Positions 16,165-24,946 of a DNA stretch of 64,000 nt are shown in pieces (the first letter of the stretch is position 1; each line of letters opens with the position of its first letter). The notes under the pieces were generated by a model that was given only the letters and a program-made list of their open reading frames with translations, was not told where the DNA came from and ran no database searches. Position numbers and translations under genes: made by a program. Source of the DNA: Patescibacteria group bacterium (GTDB lineage Bacteria > Patescibacteriota > Minisyncoccia > UBA6257 > 2-01-FULL-56-20); NCBI GenBank assembly GCA_018971305.1, contig JAGXBC010000001.1, forward strand, positions 245,687 through 309,686. The letters are read 5' to 3'.

Positions 16165-18738
16165 TTATGGTCTATTATTTCCGCCGCCTTGGTTTCCGCC
16201 TCCTCCACCACCGCTACCTCCGCTACCAGGTCCGCCACCGGAGTATTCCCATGTCCCGAAGTAATTTTGTAATGTTCGTTCGTGGCCTTTGAGAGCACCT
16301 TCCAGTTGCCGTAATTTTATTGCGGCTGCTGCCTCGCCCTCTTTGTCCCCGGATGCTTTAAACGCATCTACGACCCCCTGCTGTGCATTAATGAGTTGTA
16401 TTAATAAATTAGGAATCTTTTCCATTCCGGTAGTAGCGAGCGTTTGCGAATTCATATTCCTTACTATGGTGGGTATGATGCGTTGGTTATTTTCGGTGAT
16501 TGCCGAAAGAAGTTCTTGGGTGGTGAGTGGGTGTTCTGCGTAGGCCTTTTTGCCGAAGATTGCGTTGGCGTTCATCCTTGCGGCGTCAGTGGCGGTAAGT
16601 TTTGTGGCGAATTCCTTCATGGATTCTCTAAGCAGTTGTGCTGCCGATATTTCTGTTTGTCCTGTTTGAAACATTTTTTTGGCCCATGTTTGTCCTGCTT
16701 GGAATATTTCATTTCCATCCTCATCTTTTACGGCTTCAGCTGGCTTAATTTTCGGGCTGTTCTGTTCTAGATACTCCCATCTAGCCTTATCTCCAGCAGA
16801 CTTGGCATTGGCTTCTTCTGCTGCCTCTCCCGCTTCCGTCGCGCGTTTAATAGTATCAATACTATTTTTGGCCTTATCTCCGGCGGCTTTTGCGTTATTC
16901 TCGGCTTCAGTTTGAGGGCGACCACGTTTAAGAGATGCCTTCCTCTCTGCTTCATACGCTTTGTCATATGCATTAGTAAGAACTTTATCGTGTGCAGTAG
17001 CGAACGCCTGATTAGTCATCATGGAGTACCCCGCGTTCATCACCGACACATTCCCCGGGGCCTTTGCTATATTGTACGCTTCCTCATATTTTTTATCAGC
17101 CTCGGATATTAACGGTTTCAAGGCCTTTTCCGATATTCTTGTATTCGTCGTGCTACCGGTTAGCTTATCGTAATCACCGAGCATCTTCTCCTGCCTAAAT
17201 CTTTTGATGGTGTCCATGTTGGACATAAACTCTCCGGCAGTGCTTTTGCCTCCATCAATCTTAGTATCATTGGATATCTTTTTGCTTTCTTTCAGCATTT
17301 CTATCGCCGCAAACTTCATTTCGGTTGTAAGGTTTCCAGAGTTAAGGAGTTCTGTTAACTCCGAGGAGCTTTTGCCTTTTAATCTGTCCTTCGCGCCTTC
17401 TACCATTCCCTCGTTGCTGGTTACCTTACCTAGACCGAGAGCTGTTTCCCGCTCTAGCCTGCCGGCAATAAATCCGGCTGCACCTCCCACAACCGGGATT
17501 TTCCTTATTTGCTTACTTACGGCGCCTTCTCGTAGATGCTTTTCAAGAACCTCGCCGCCCGCTTTCTGATATGCGAGCCGCCCACCCTTCTTGGCCTGCT
17601 TGCCGACGTATCCGCCGATTCCGGTTGCCGCGCTTTTAACCGCCGCCATTCCCGCGCTCGCGCCCATAATTCCTAAAGAGTTCGCCGCGATAAGCCCACC
17701 GACGGTCAGACCAAGGAGCACGAAGTCACCTAAAATATTCGGGATAAGTACTTTGAAAGTGCCGCTGAAGAATTGAGATACGGCACTTTGCGCGTTACCA
17801 AGGTTAACATTCGGCGTCGGTTCTGTTTGGGTTGAGATTCTATGGATTCCTGGTGCCATGATGACGACAAGATATAGAAAGAAAACAACTATCGGGGGGA
17901 AAAGCGCCCACCTGATGAAATTACTCCACCATTTTGTGAAATTTCCCCGTAAAGCAGGGAAAACCCAGCAAAGCCAGGCGAACGGCAGAAGAATGAAAAG
18001 TATGGACAAGTACACGTATCTTATTAAGAGCATTATGGCAAGAGTTCCTAAAACAATTACAATGCCGACAAGGGTTATTAGGGCAAAAACCATTGCCACT
18101 AAGATCACGATTACGCTTCCAGCGCTACTTCCTAGGGCGTCGGCGGTTCCCAGGTTCGAACCCCCGCTACTAGACAGCATTACTTGTGGCTGGAATAGGA
18201 TGGCGATTGCATTATTAAACCCCTGACCAGAAAATTGGTCTAAGAAAAAGTTAGTCAAACCATTTGCCGCGCTTACCAGCATGCCGCCGATGACCAATCC
18301 GAAGTTGACGAGGATAGCCATGAAGACAAGCTTCCAGAGGATTTGTTTAAGGCCGTATGTTTGGCTGCGGAGAATCGTAGCGAGAGCTATAACTATGATT
18401 CCCAGAACGAAACCAAGGTTGGCGATAGAGAGGGATGTGGCAAAGCCGGTTTGCACGAGGGCCGTATTTACTATACCCCTATTGATATCAAGGAGTAATT
18501 TTATCGCCCAACTCTCCACGGCTATAGCCAAGCTGGCAACCGTGGCCATAACGTACACGATCCCGTAAACAAGATTATTTACTACTGAGCTACCTATATC
18601 TTCTAAACATCCCGTTGCTGTAGCGCACCATGCTTTTGCCTGATGCGGAGATAATGCAAAAACCGCAAGCGCGATGAATAGTGTCGTTATAACCAATTTC
18701 GTTTTTCTATTTTTTGCTATTCGTGTAAATGTAGGCAT
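16165..18738 (-). CDS. VirB6/TrbL-like polytopic membrane protein with a long hydrophilic C-terminal domain and a Gly-rich tail
   Basis: Signal peptide plus about 7-8 TM helices in the first ~370 aa. An ~450-aa K/E/A-rich coiled-coil-like region follows. Terminal GGGPGSGGSGGGGGGNQGGGNNRP. Size and topology resemble Gram-positive VirB6 analogues (PrgH/TcpH). Confidence 0.55.
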   Translation of the reverse strand: MPTFTRIAKNRKTKLVITTLFIALAVFALSPHQAKAWCATATGCLEDIGSSVVNNLVYGIVYVMATVASLAIAVESWAIKLLLDINRGIVNTALVQTGFATSLSIANLGFVLGIIVIALATILRSQTYGLKQILWKLVFMAILVNFGLVIGGMLVSAANGLTNFFLDQFSGQGFNNAIAILFQPQVMLSSSGGSNLGTADALGSSAGSVIVILVAMVFALITLVGIVIVLGTLAIMLLIRYVYLSILFILLPFAWLCWVFPALRGNFTKWWSNFIRWALFPPIVVFFLYLVVIMAPGIHRISTQTEPTPNVNLGNAQSAVSQFFSGTFKVLIPNILGDFVLLGLTVGGLIAANSLGIMGASAGMAAVKSAATGIGGYVGKQAKKGGRLAYQKAGGEVLEKHLREGAVSKQIRKIPVVGGAAGFIAGRLERETALGLGKVTSNEGMVEGAKDRLKGKSSSELTELLNSGNLTTEMKFAAIEMLKESKKISNDTKIDGGKSTAGEFMSNMDTIKRFRQEKMLGDYDKLTGSTTNTRISEKALKPLISEADKKYEEAYNIAKAPGNVSVMNAGYSMMTNQAFATAHDKVLTNAYDKAYEAERKASLKRGRPQTEAENNAKAAGDKAKNSIDTIKRATEAGEAAEEANAKSAGDKARWEYLEQNSPKIKPAEAVKDEDGNEIFQAGQTWAKKMFQTGQTEISAAQLLRESMKEFATKLTATDAARMNANAIFGKKAYAEHPLTTQELLSAITENNQRIIPTIVRNMNSQTLATTGMEKIPNLLIQLINAQQGVVDAFKASGDKEGEAAAAIKLRQLEGALKGHERTLQNYFGTWEYSGGGPGSGGSGGGGGGNQGGGNNRP

Positions 18739-18746
18739 CGCAGTTT

Positions 18747-20618
18747 TTATAGATTAAGCAGTGAGCCGCCGGTGAATTTTCCGATAAGGCCATTTATGAA
18801 CGAAGCAAGGAATCCTGCTACGGCGTTCGCGTTCGCGGAAAGATGAATGTCGCCTCCAAGAGCGCTGGATAGTTTGTTGCCGATAGTGGCTCCAGGTGTG
18901 GTTATGAGTTGTTTAGATAGGCTTGGCGTTTTACATACTTCAGCGCTACAAGTTCCATTGGTACAGGTTGTTAGTTGGGTCTGAGTGTAGCCTGCTTGAA
19001 TTTCGTTGTTGACATTCGCTGTTATGGTGTTTACAGCATCTGTTTGGCTTTGGCCCGTAATATCGTTCACATCATAAGATGCGCTATATGGCAAGCAATC
19101 TCCGCCACTGCTTATGCCACCCCCAGTGTCTGTCCCGGGGAAACCTTGGCCGGCGACGGCTCTGTTTACTTGGGAGTTAAGCGCCGCGGCCGCATCTGAC
19201 AATTGTTTGTCGTGGGCGAGAGACAGGAATCCGAAAAAGTTATTATTTGGCCGCAACATTGCTCCGAAACCATTCCATCCCCCCCTGCTGAAATCGCCAT
19301 AGAAAGCATTTGCATCTGTTAAGACGAGCCTTAAGTCGCTTTTCGGAGTCGCATTTAGTGCCGTAAGGTTTAACATTTTCCCCACTAAACCGCTGAAGGA
19401 CGGATCTCCGCGGGCTACGCTCATGGTAAGTGATTGAGCCGCTGCCGTATCAAACGCTTTAGCCTGGTAATTCAGCCAATTGGTTATGAATTTCGGAGCG
19501 CCGGAACCCTGCACATACTTGACCATTGCCTGTTGTATTGTGTTTACAAGTTGCGTTCTTAGGACCAGTATGAGGGCTTGTTCTATAATCTTCCAGATAT
19601 TCGTTACAATATCGTTTATCAATGAGCTAATTTGGGTGCCCAAGCGTATGGGGCCAGTATAGTCAGCGTACGCTGTTTTGACGCCGATTAATTGATTTAT
19701 AAATGCCAAGACCCCCGTCTTTGTTTCTTGATGCACGGAGAGAGATTTTTGCAATCCGGCTTTTTCAAACTCGGTTTGTAGGTCGGAAGCTACGGTAGGC
19801 AGGACATTTTTTTCTGCTTGGGCGATAAGATAAGTTTTCACAGGATCGTCAGTTGTTTCCACATTTACTCCCATGTCGGCGAAGTTTTTTTCATAAACTA
19901 TCGCCGCGAGCAGGCTTTTATGGAAGCCAACAAGCGTAGACGGAATTGTTATCGATTGTGTGCTGCTTGCGGCCTTAGCTAACGTTTCGGCAACCGGCTG
20001 AAGTTCGCTCGGGTTTGCCGTGGTCGGATCTTTTTCTAAAAAGGCCGTAATAACTTGATTGGTCGTATATTGATTAAATATATTATCCAGCTCGGTGATG
20101 TATCTCTCTTTGGCGGCCACCGAGTTGTCGTCGGAAATATTGACCGTCAGTGCCTTGGCCTCGGCAATCCAGTCCGGAGCCTGGAGGGTCTGTATTTCGG
20201 GGGCGCCCGTTAGCTGATTTAGTAAGCTCGTCTGGTCCGGCATATTCAGCGAAGTTTGGCCGTCGGCGGTTTGTTGCGGTCCGGAGGGATTTGCGAGAAC
20301 AATTTGCCGCGCAAAACTGTCGGCAAAATCATGCGTAAGGTTCCCGGTTGTCTCCGCCGGCGGTAAGTCGCTGGCTTTTATCGCAACCGATCCGGCCGAA
20401 TTAACTGTTTGATTATCTGTTATTTGGGGAGCAACTGCATACTGATCCGTAAAAGCATTGCCAGGCACCAAATTGGCATAATTCTGTGACTGGTTGGAGA
20501 TGTTAGCTTGCTGGGTTAGGGTCTGGTTATTTTGCCAGTCGAGAAAAATCAAACCCGCGGAACTCATAATTGCCGCCAAAACCAAAAACCCCCCTATTAA
20601 CTTTTTTAAATCTATCAT
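18747..20618 (-). CDS. large membrane-anchored extracytoplasmic protein, first gene of the T4SS-like operon
   Basis: N-terminal TM LIGGFLVLAAIMSSAGLIFL, then ~590 aa rich in Q/T/N/S. No catalytic motif recognised. Confidence 0.5.
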   Translation of the reverse strand: MIDLKKLIGGFLVLAAIMSSAGLIFLDWQNNQTLTQQANISNQSQNYANLVPGNAFTDQYAVAPQITDNQTVNSAGSVAIKASDLPPAETTGNLTHDFADSFARQIVLANPSGPQQTADGQTSLNMPDQTSLLNQLTGAPEIQTLQAPDWIAEAKALTVNISDDNSVAAKERYITELDNIFNQYTTNQVITAFLEKDPTTANPSELQPVAETLAKAASSTQSITIPSTLVGFHKSLLAAIVYEKNFADMGVNVETTDDPVKTYLIAQAEKNVLPTVASDLQTEFEKAGLQKSLSVHQETKTGVLAFINQLIGVKTAYADYTGPIRLGTQISSLINDIVTNIWKIIEQALILVLRTQLVNTIQQAMVKYVQGSGAPKFITNWLNYQAKAFDTAAAQSLTMSVARGDPSFSGLVGKMLNLTALNATPKSDLRLVLTDANAFYGDFSRGGWNGFGAMLRPNNNFFGFLSLAHDKQLSDAAAALNSQVNRAVAGQGFPGTDTGGGISSGGDCLPYSASYDVNDITGQSQTDAVNTITANVNNEIQAGYTQTQLTTCTNGTCSAEVCKTPSLSKQLITTPGATIGNKLSSALGGDIHLSANANAVAGFLASFINGLIGKFTGGSLLNL

Positions 20619-20728
20619 TCATTATTATTATAGCGTATTTACTGTCTAGAACCGCGATAAAAGTTATGCACACTGGTTATTTATTCATTCATAGTTAGGG
20701 TGCATGCTACACGGAAAACAAAAAGAGT

Positions 20729-21595
20729 TTATTTGTCCAATAAATCCGCTATTTTTTTGATATCTTCGATGCTTAAATTTTGCGGCCTATCGTTTGGTTT
20801 TATATCAATTTTTTGCAATTTTTCCGAGATCCACTCCTTCGTTTTCCGTGGTTGGTAATTCGCGGCCAAATTGTTGAGTATTGTCTTCCGCGGTTGAGCA
20901 AATAGCATGCGAATTGTTTTATAGTAATTTATGCTTCTGTCTTCTGGCTTCTGATTTATAACTTCCAACCTTATCACTGCTGAATCTACTTCCGGAGGCG
21001 GGGAAAAATTTTCCCGTGACACCCTCATCACGATTTTCGCTATCGCCCAAAACTGGATGCTCGCGGCAAGGCGGTTCATCCCGTTGGGGGCAGGTGTGCG
21101 CTGCGGGCCCTCGCAGCCTCTAACGGGATTCATTTTCGGCACAGCGCAGATTCTTTCTGCAACCTCGTTTTGAATCATAAAGACGCACAACTCCGGCTTA
21201 TTCTCCAGCTCCCCGATTGTGCGAAGCAGGTGTCCAGTAATGTAGTATGGGATATTGCCGACCAATTTCCATTTTGACGTTTTCAGCTCTCCGGCAGAAA
21301 CAAGCTTAGGAATTATTTCCAGGGCATCGCCATCCACGACTTCCATATTTTTATTTTCGGAAAATTTTACACGCAGCAACTCAGCAAGTTTTTCATCTTT
21401 TTCAATCGCGACGATTGTTATCCCCACCCCGCCATTTTTGGAAATTGGAAATTGGAAATTGGAAATTTCGCTTGTCAGCTCCCCGTGCCCAGCGCCCACC
21501 TCTAAAACAACGTCGCCGGACTTCAGTTCCAATATTTTAACAATGTCTTTTAGAACGGTTCCGTTTTTAAGGAAATGTTGTCCTAGTCTTCTCAT
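20729..21595 (-). CDS. ksgA: 16S rRNA (adenine1518/1519-N6)-dimethyltransferase KsgA/RsmA
   Basis: MRRLGQHFLKNGTVLKDIV..., motif I VLEVGAGHGELT, C-terminal helical domain. It contains an ~18-aa insertion encoded by the heptanucleotide repeat listed below. Confidence 0.9.
   Translation of the reverse strand: MRRLGQHFLKNGTVLKDIVKILELKSGDVVLEVGAGHGELTSEISNFQFPISKNGGVGITIVAIEKDEKLAELLRVKFSENKNMEVVDGDALEIIPKLVSAGELKTSKWKLVGNIPYYITGHLLRTIGELENKPELCVFMIQNEVAERICAVPKMNPVRGCEGPQRTPAPNGMNRLAASIQFWAIAKIVMRVSRENFSPPPEVDSAVIRLEVINQKPEDRSINYYKTIRMLFAQPRKTILNNLAANYQPRKTKEWISEKLQKIDIKPNDRPQNLSIEDIKKIADLLDK
21440..21467. repeat. perfect tandem heptanucleotide microsatellite (GGAAATT)x4 inside the ksgA CDS
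   Basis: ggaaattggaaattggaaattggaaatt read directly from the sequence. It encodes ...EISNFQFPIS... within the KsgA insertion. Confidence 0.95.
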
Positions 21596-21619
21596 CTTAT
21601 TATATTAACCGTAGTATGG

Positions 21620-22144
21620 ATGAATTGTATAATTTTGTGCTCGCGAACCTCGCACATAACAAAGTATGTGTTGGGTGAGTCCGGTTCGTCCGGAGAAAAC
21701 AAACCCTTTGTTTATTTTCTGCTCTCTGACGGGTATAATAAAAATAACATGTTCCAATACTTGATGGCCGGGTATCTGCATAGTTGGCTCTTCCCATTTT
21801 TTTTCACGATAACGACCGAGACCATCATTTTGTGGCTGTTCGTAAGAAAAATCTTTCATATAAACGGGAGAGACCTGCCGCTTACGATTGTTATCGCGGC
21901 CGGAATTTTCGCCAATGGATTCACTCATCCACAGGTGTGGTTTGTCTTCCCGTTTATTTTTCAAAGCTATACTATTGCCATAGTTATTGCCGAACTTTTT
22001 GCCTTTATAGCGGAAGCTATTTTTTATAATATTTTCCTTAAAATAACTATAAAAAGGGCATTAATCGTTTCCCTGTCGGCTAACGCCTTCTCCTTTTTGG
22101 CGGGAATTTTCCTCCACTTTTTCGTAAACAGTAAGATATTTTAA
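21620..22144 (+). CDS. hypothetical multi-TM membrane protein (start likely internal, e.g. Met at 21749)
   Basis: Strongly hydrophobic (LWLFVRK..., IVIAAGIFANGF, IAIVIAELFAFIAEAIF). Co-directional with the next membrane gene, 18 nt apart. The overlapping minus-strand ORFs look non-coding. Confidence 0.4.
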   Translation: MNCIILCSRTSHITKYVLGESGSSGENKPFVYFLLSDGYNKNNMFQYLMAGYLHSWLFPFFFTITTETIILWLFVRKIFHINGRDLPLTIVIAAGIFANGFTHPQVWFVFPFIFQSYTIAIVIAELFAFIAEAIFYNIFLKITIKRALIVSLSANAFSFLAGIFLHFFVNSKIF

Positions 22145-22162
22145 CGATTAATCTGGGCCCTC

Positions 22163-23806
22163 ATGTTGAAAAAACTTCTGGTGAAAATTGAAAACGCAAA
22201 CATAGGTTTTAAGGAACTGGTTGTCGGTTTTTCGGCAATAGTTTTCGTGCGGATATTTTTGGAAAATTTTTCCAGTATTCCCCTTAGCGGAGTTATCACG
22301 TCTAACACATCAACTATACTGCACTACTTCCTTTATTATACGGTGAATACTTTGTCGGTGGCCCTTATTCTGGGGCTATCCGTGGGTAATTTCAGGAAGG
22401 CATGGAATTTCATTTTATTCGGATTGCTTATTGAATGGTTGCCCCCTATTTACGACCTTATTGTTTCCGCTGGGAACGGATATCCAATGCATTATCCGCC
22501 AATAGATTCGTGGCAGGTGTTATTGGGCCACTTTTTTATGGTTGGTGGGGGCGCGGTTAATCTCACCACTCCCGGACAGACGTTACAGATATCCTTGATT
22601 GTTGTGGGAATCTTGATCTATGTGATCTTATCAACTAAAAGCATTACTCGCGGCGTCGTGGCAGCGCTACTTTCTTACTCGGCAATTTTTTTCTGGGCGA
22701 CATCGCCTACTATCATCAAGGTAATCAACGATTTTTTTCATCCTGAGGTTGCGGGGCAAACGCTTATCCAGTTTTTTTCTGCGGAAATATCCAGGTCAAT
22801 GCTTATAAAGAATTTTTTACACCCCACCATTTCTGTGCAGCCGCTTCGTGCCTATGAAATATTCTTCGGGGTAACCATGTCTTCGTTTTATTATATTGCC
22901 GCATCCGTTCTGATCGTCGCCATTCTTCTATTAATGGATAAGCGCAAGACCCTTGCTACGCTTGGCAACTCTCGCATGATCCACGCTGTTTATTATTATG
23001 CAATTCTTGTGTCGGGGTTCTTGGTGGCCATAAACCTGACCGGTTCCATAATAGCTTTCGGCTGGCTAGACAGTTTTTCTTTATTGTCCCTTGCTGTCGC
23101 TTCTTTCTGCGCCAGGATGTTTGCCGTCGGCATAAACGACCTCTACGACATTGAGATTGATAAAATTTCCCACCCCAAGCGCCCCCTTCCCAGTAAAACC
23201 TTAACGGAAGGCGACATTAAGGACGCGAACCTTTTCTTTTTAATCTGGGCGCTTGTCGGGGCATTTATCGTTGGACACTATGTCTTTTTTATGATGCTTG
23301 TCATTATATCCGTTTCTTATATCTACTCTGCGCCCCCCTTGCGCCTAAAAAGAATTCCACTTTTTGCAAATTTTTTGATGTCTTTGGCGTATTTCTCTCT
23401 TTTCGCCTCCGGATTTTTTATGGCCAGTGCCGACCAATCAATACGGGCCTTGCCGATAAGATATCTATTCTTGATAACAATCGTTTTTACGCTGGGGACG
23501 ACAGTAAAAGATCTAAAAGATATTGATGGCGACCGTGCTGCAGGAGTTATGACCATCCCGGTTATTATTGGGAGGAATAACGGAAGGCGAATTATCGGAT
23601 TGTTATTGTCATCGGCATTTTTTCTGGTGCCGATAATCTTGAATATAAGGACTATCCTTATCCCCTCGCTCATTGCCGCCATTGCGGGGTATCTAATTGT
23701 CGTGTCCAACCACTATAAAGATAACTTTATTTTTATACTCTACATCGCATACATTATTGTTATCATATCCATTGTTCTATCGGGAGTATCTGCGCCGCTT
23801 TATTAG
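22163..23806 (+). CDS. large membrane protein with a C-terminal UbiA-family prenyltransferase domain
   Basis: UbiA signature NDLYDIEIDKISHPKRPLPS (NDxxDxxxD) and a second Asp-rich motif KDLKDIDGDRAAG. The N-terminal ~280 aa is an additional polytopic domain of unknown function. Confidence 0.6.
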   Translation: MLKKLLVKIENANIGFKELVVGFSAIVFVRIFLENFSSIPLSGVITSNTSTILHYFLYYTVNTLSVALILGLSVGNFRKAWNFILFGLLIEWLPPIYDLIVSAGNGYPMHYPPIDSWQVLLGHFFMVGGGAVNLTTPGQTLQISLIVVGILIYVILSTKSITRGVVAALLSYSAIFFWATSPTIIKVINDFFHPEVAGQTLIQFFSAEISRSMLIKNFLHPTISVQPLRAYEIFFGVTMSSFYYIAASVLIVAILLLMDKRKTLATLGNSRMIHAVYYYAILVSGFLVAINLTGSIIAFGWLDSFSLLSLAVASFCARMFAVGINDLYDIEIDKISHPKRPLPSKTLTEGDIKDANLFFLIWALVGAFIVGHYVFFMMLVIISVSYIYSAPPLRLKRIPLFANFLMSLAYFSLFASGFFMASADQSIRALPIRYLFLITIVFTLGTTVKDLKDIDGDRAAGVMTIPVIIGRNNGRRIIGLLLSSAFFLVPIILNIRTILIPSLIAAIAGYLIVVSNHYKDNFIFILYIAYIIVIISIVLSGVSAPLY

Positions 23807-23896
23807 ACGGCCCATGGGCCTAGTAACATCCATAAAAAATAAGAAGGCTTGGAATCGTAATCGGGATTTTGCTTGTGTTATTATTAAATTGTAACC

Positions 23897-24931
23897 ATGT
23901 CAATATCCAAAGGGCGTATTGCCCTACTTATCGGTTTGGGTGTCGTATTGTTGGGAATTTTTGTTTTGATATTCTTTTTTCAGAGACGGCCATCGGTGCC
24001 GACTCCGTCCGGCAACGAACTTAGCGCTGCTGGTACTCAGGGCGTGCAGTTTACTTTCGGCGGCCAGAATCCCGTTGTTGGGTCATCGGGTTCCGGGTCT
24101 TCCGGCGGACAAGGTTCGCTGTTTTTCCAGCAGTCTTCGCAGTCGGCTGGTCCGGGAACATCGGTCGGTAATGCTTTTCTGCCGTCGTCTGGAAATGGCG
24201 TCAGGATAAGTTCTGGCGGGAATACAAATACGGGCGTTGGCGGAGGAGGAATATCCATACCTACATACACTGCGCCGTCTTTGAGCGATTTAATAAACAA
24301 AGAATTCCCTTCAGGGATAAATGCCTTAAGCGTATTGAACGATCTCGGGAACGTCGGCTCTGTTATTAGTTCGCAAGACCCTTATATTCAGGGCCTGATC
24401 ACCCAGTATCAGCAGATTCTTGCCGAACAGCAGCAATTAAGATCGTTGGCTCAAACTATGCAGCAGAATGCGCCAGTTATCCCGGCGGATTTAATCCAGG
24501 GGGTTTCCAATGGCCAAGTCACCCTGTCGCTTTCCGCCATGCAAAATCTTTTGAATAATCAGGCGAGTACAACCGCCGCATTCAACGAAAAAATCAATAT
24601 TGCGAACAGCCAGCTCTCGTCAATACTCAATTCTCAAATATCTCAGGCTCAGAGCGCAGGAATTTCTTATCCCGGATTACAAAGTGCCTTAAGCCAAGTT
24701 GATCAATTCAATAGCTCCACAGCATCATTTGACCAGCAGGCCTCCACTTTTAATTCTCAGACAACCAATTTAATAAATCAGTTTTTGGCCAATTCTTCCG
24801 GAACGATGTCTCAAGAAGACTTACAAAACCTTCTTAGCCAATTAAATGCCAGTACGACGGCAATGCAGCAACAGATGAGCATGCTAGAAAATCAGGCCAC
24901 GAGTCTGACTAATACTCTCAGTTTTCAGTAG
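23897..24931 (+). CDS. membrane-anchored/secreted G/S- and Q/N/S-rich hypothetical protein
   Basis: N-terminal TM. Glycine-serine stretch (GSSGSGSSGGQGS). Gln/Asn/Ser-rich coiled-coil-like C-terminal half. Confidence 0.45.
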   Translation: MSISKGRIALLIGLGVVLLGIFVLIFFFQRRPSVPTPSGNELSAAGTQGVQFTFGGQNPVVGSSGSGSSGGQGSLFFQQSSQSAGPGTSVGNAFLPSSGNGVRISSGGNTNTGVGGGGISIPTYTAPSLSDLINKEFPSGINALSVLNDLGNVGSVISSQDPYIQGLITQYQQILAEQQQLRSLAQTMQQNAPVIPADLIQGVSNGQVTLSLSAMQNLLNNQASTTAAFNEKINIANSQLSSILNSQISQAQSAGISYPGLQSALSQVDQFNSSTASFDQQASTFNSQTTNLINQFLANSSGTMSQEDLQNLLSQLNASTTAMQQQMSMLENQATSLTNTLSFQ

Positions 24932-24946
24932 CATTCGTATCTCGTC

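Noticed and set aside
16289-18568. Many small plus-strand ORFs (60-122 aa) across the VirB6-like gene
   Set aside because: All are antisense to a continuous 857-aa CDS with convincing TM topology.
21440-21467. Considered whether the GGAAATT repeat is a CRISPR or other array
   Set aside because: The units are 7 bp with no spacers and the whole lies inside a CDS. It is a microsatellite, not a CRISPR. No CRISPR-like repeat-spacer structure was seen anywhere in the window.
21605-21964. Minus-strand ORFs (119 and 65 aa) overlapping the plus-strand membrane ORF 21620..22144
   Set aside because: Their translations lack coherent hydrophobic or structured segments. The plus-strand frame is strongly membrane-like and co-directional with the following gene.
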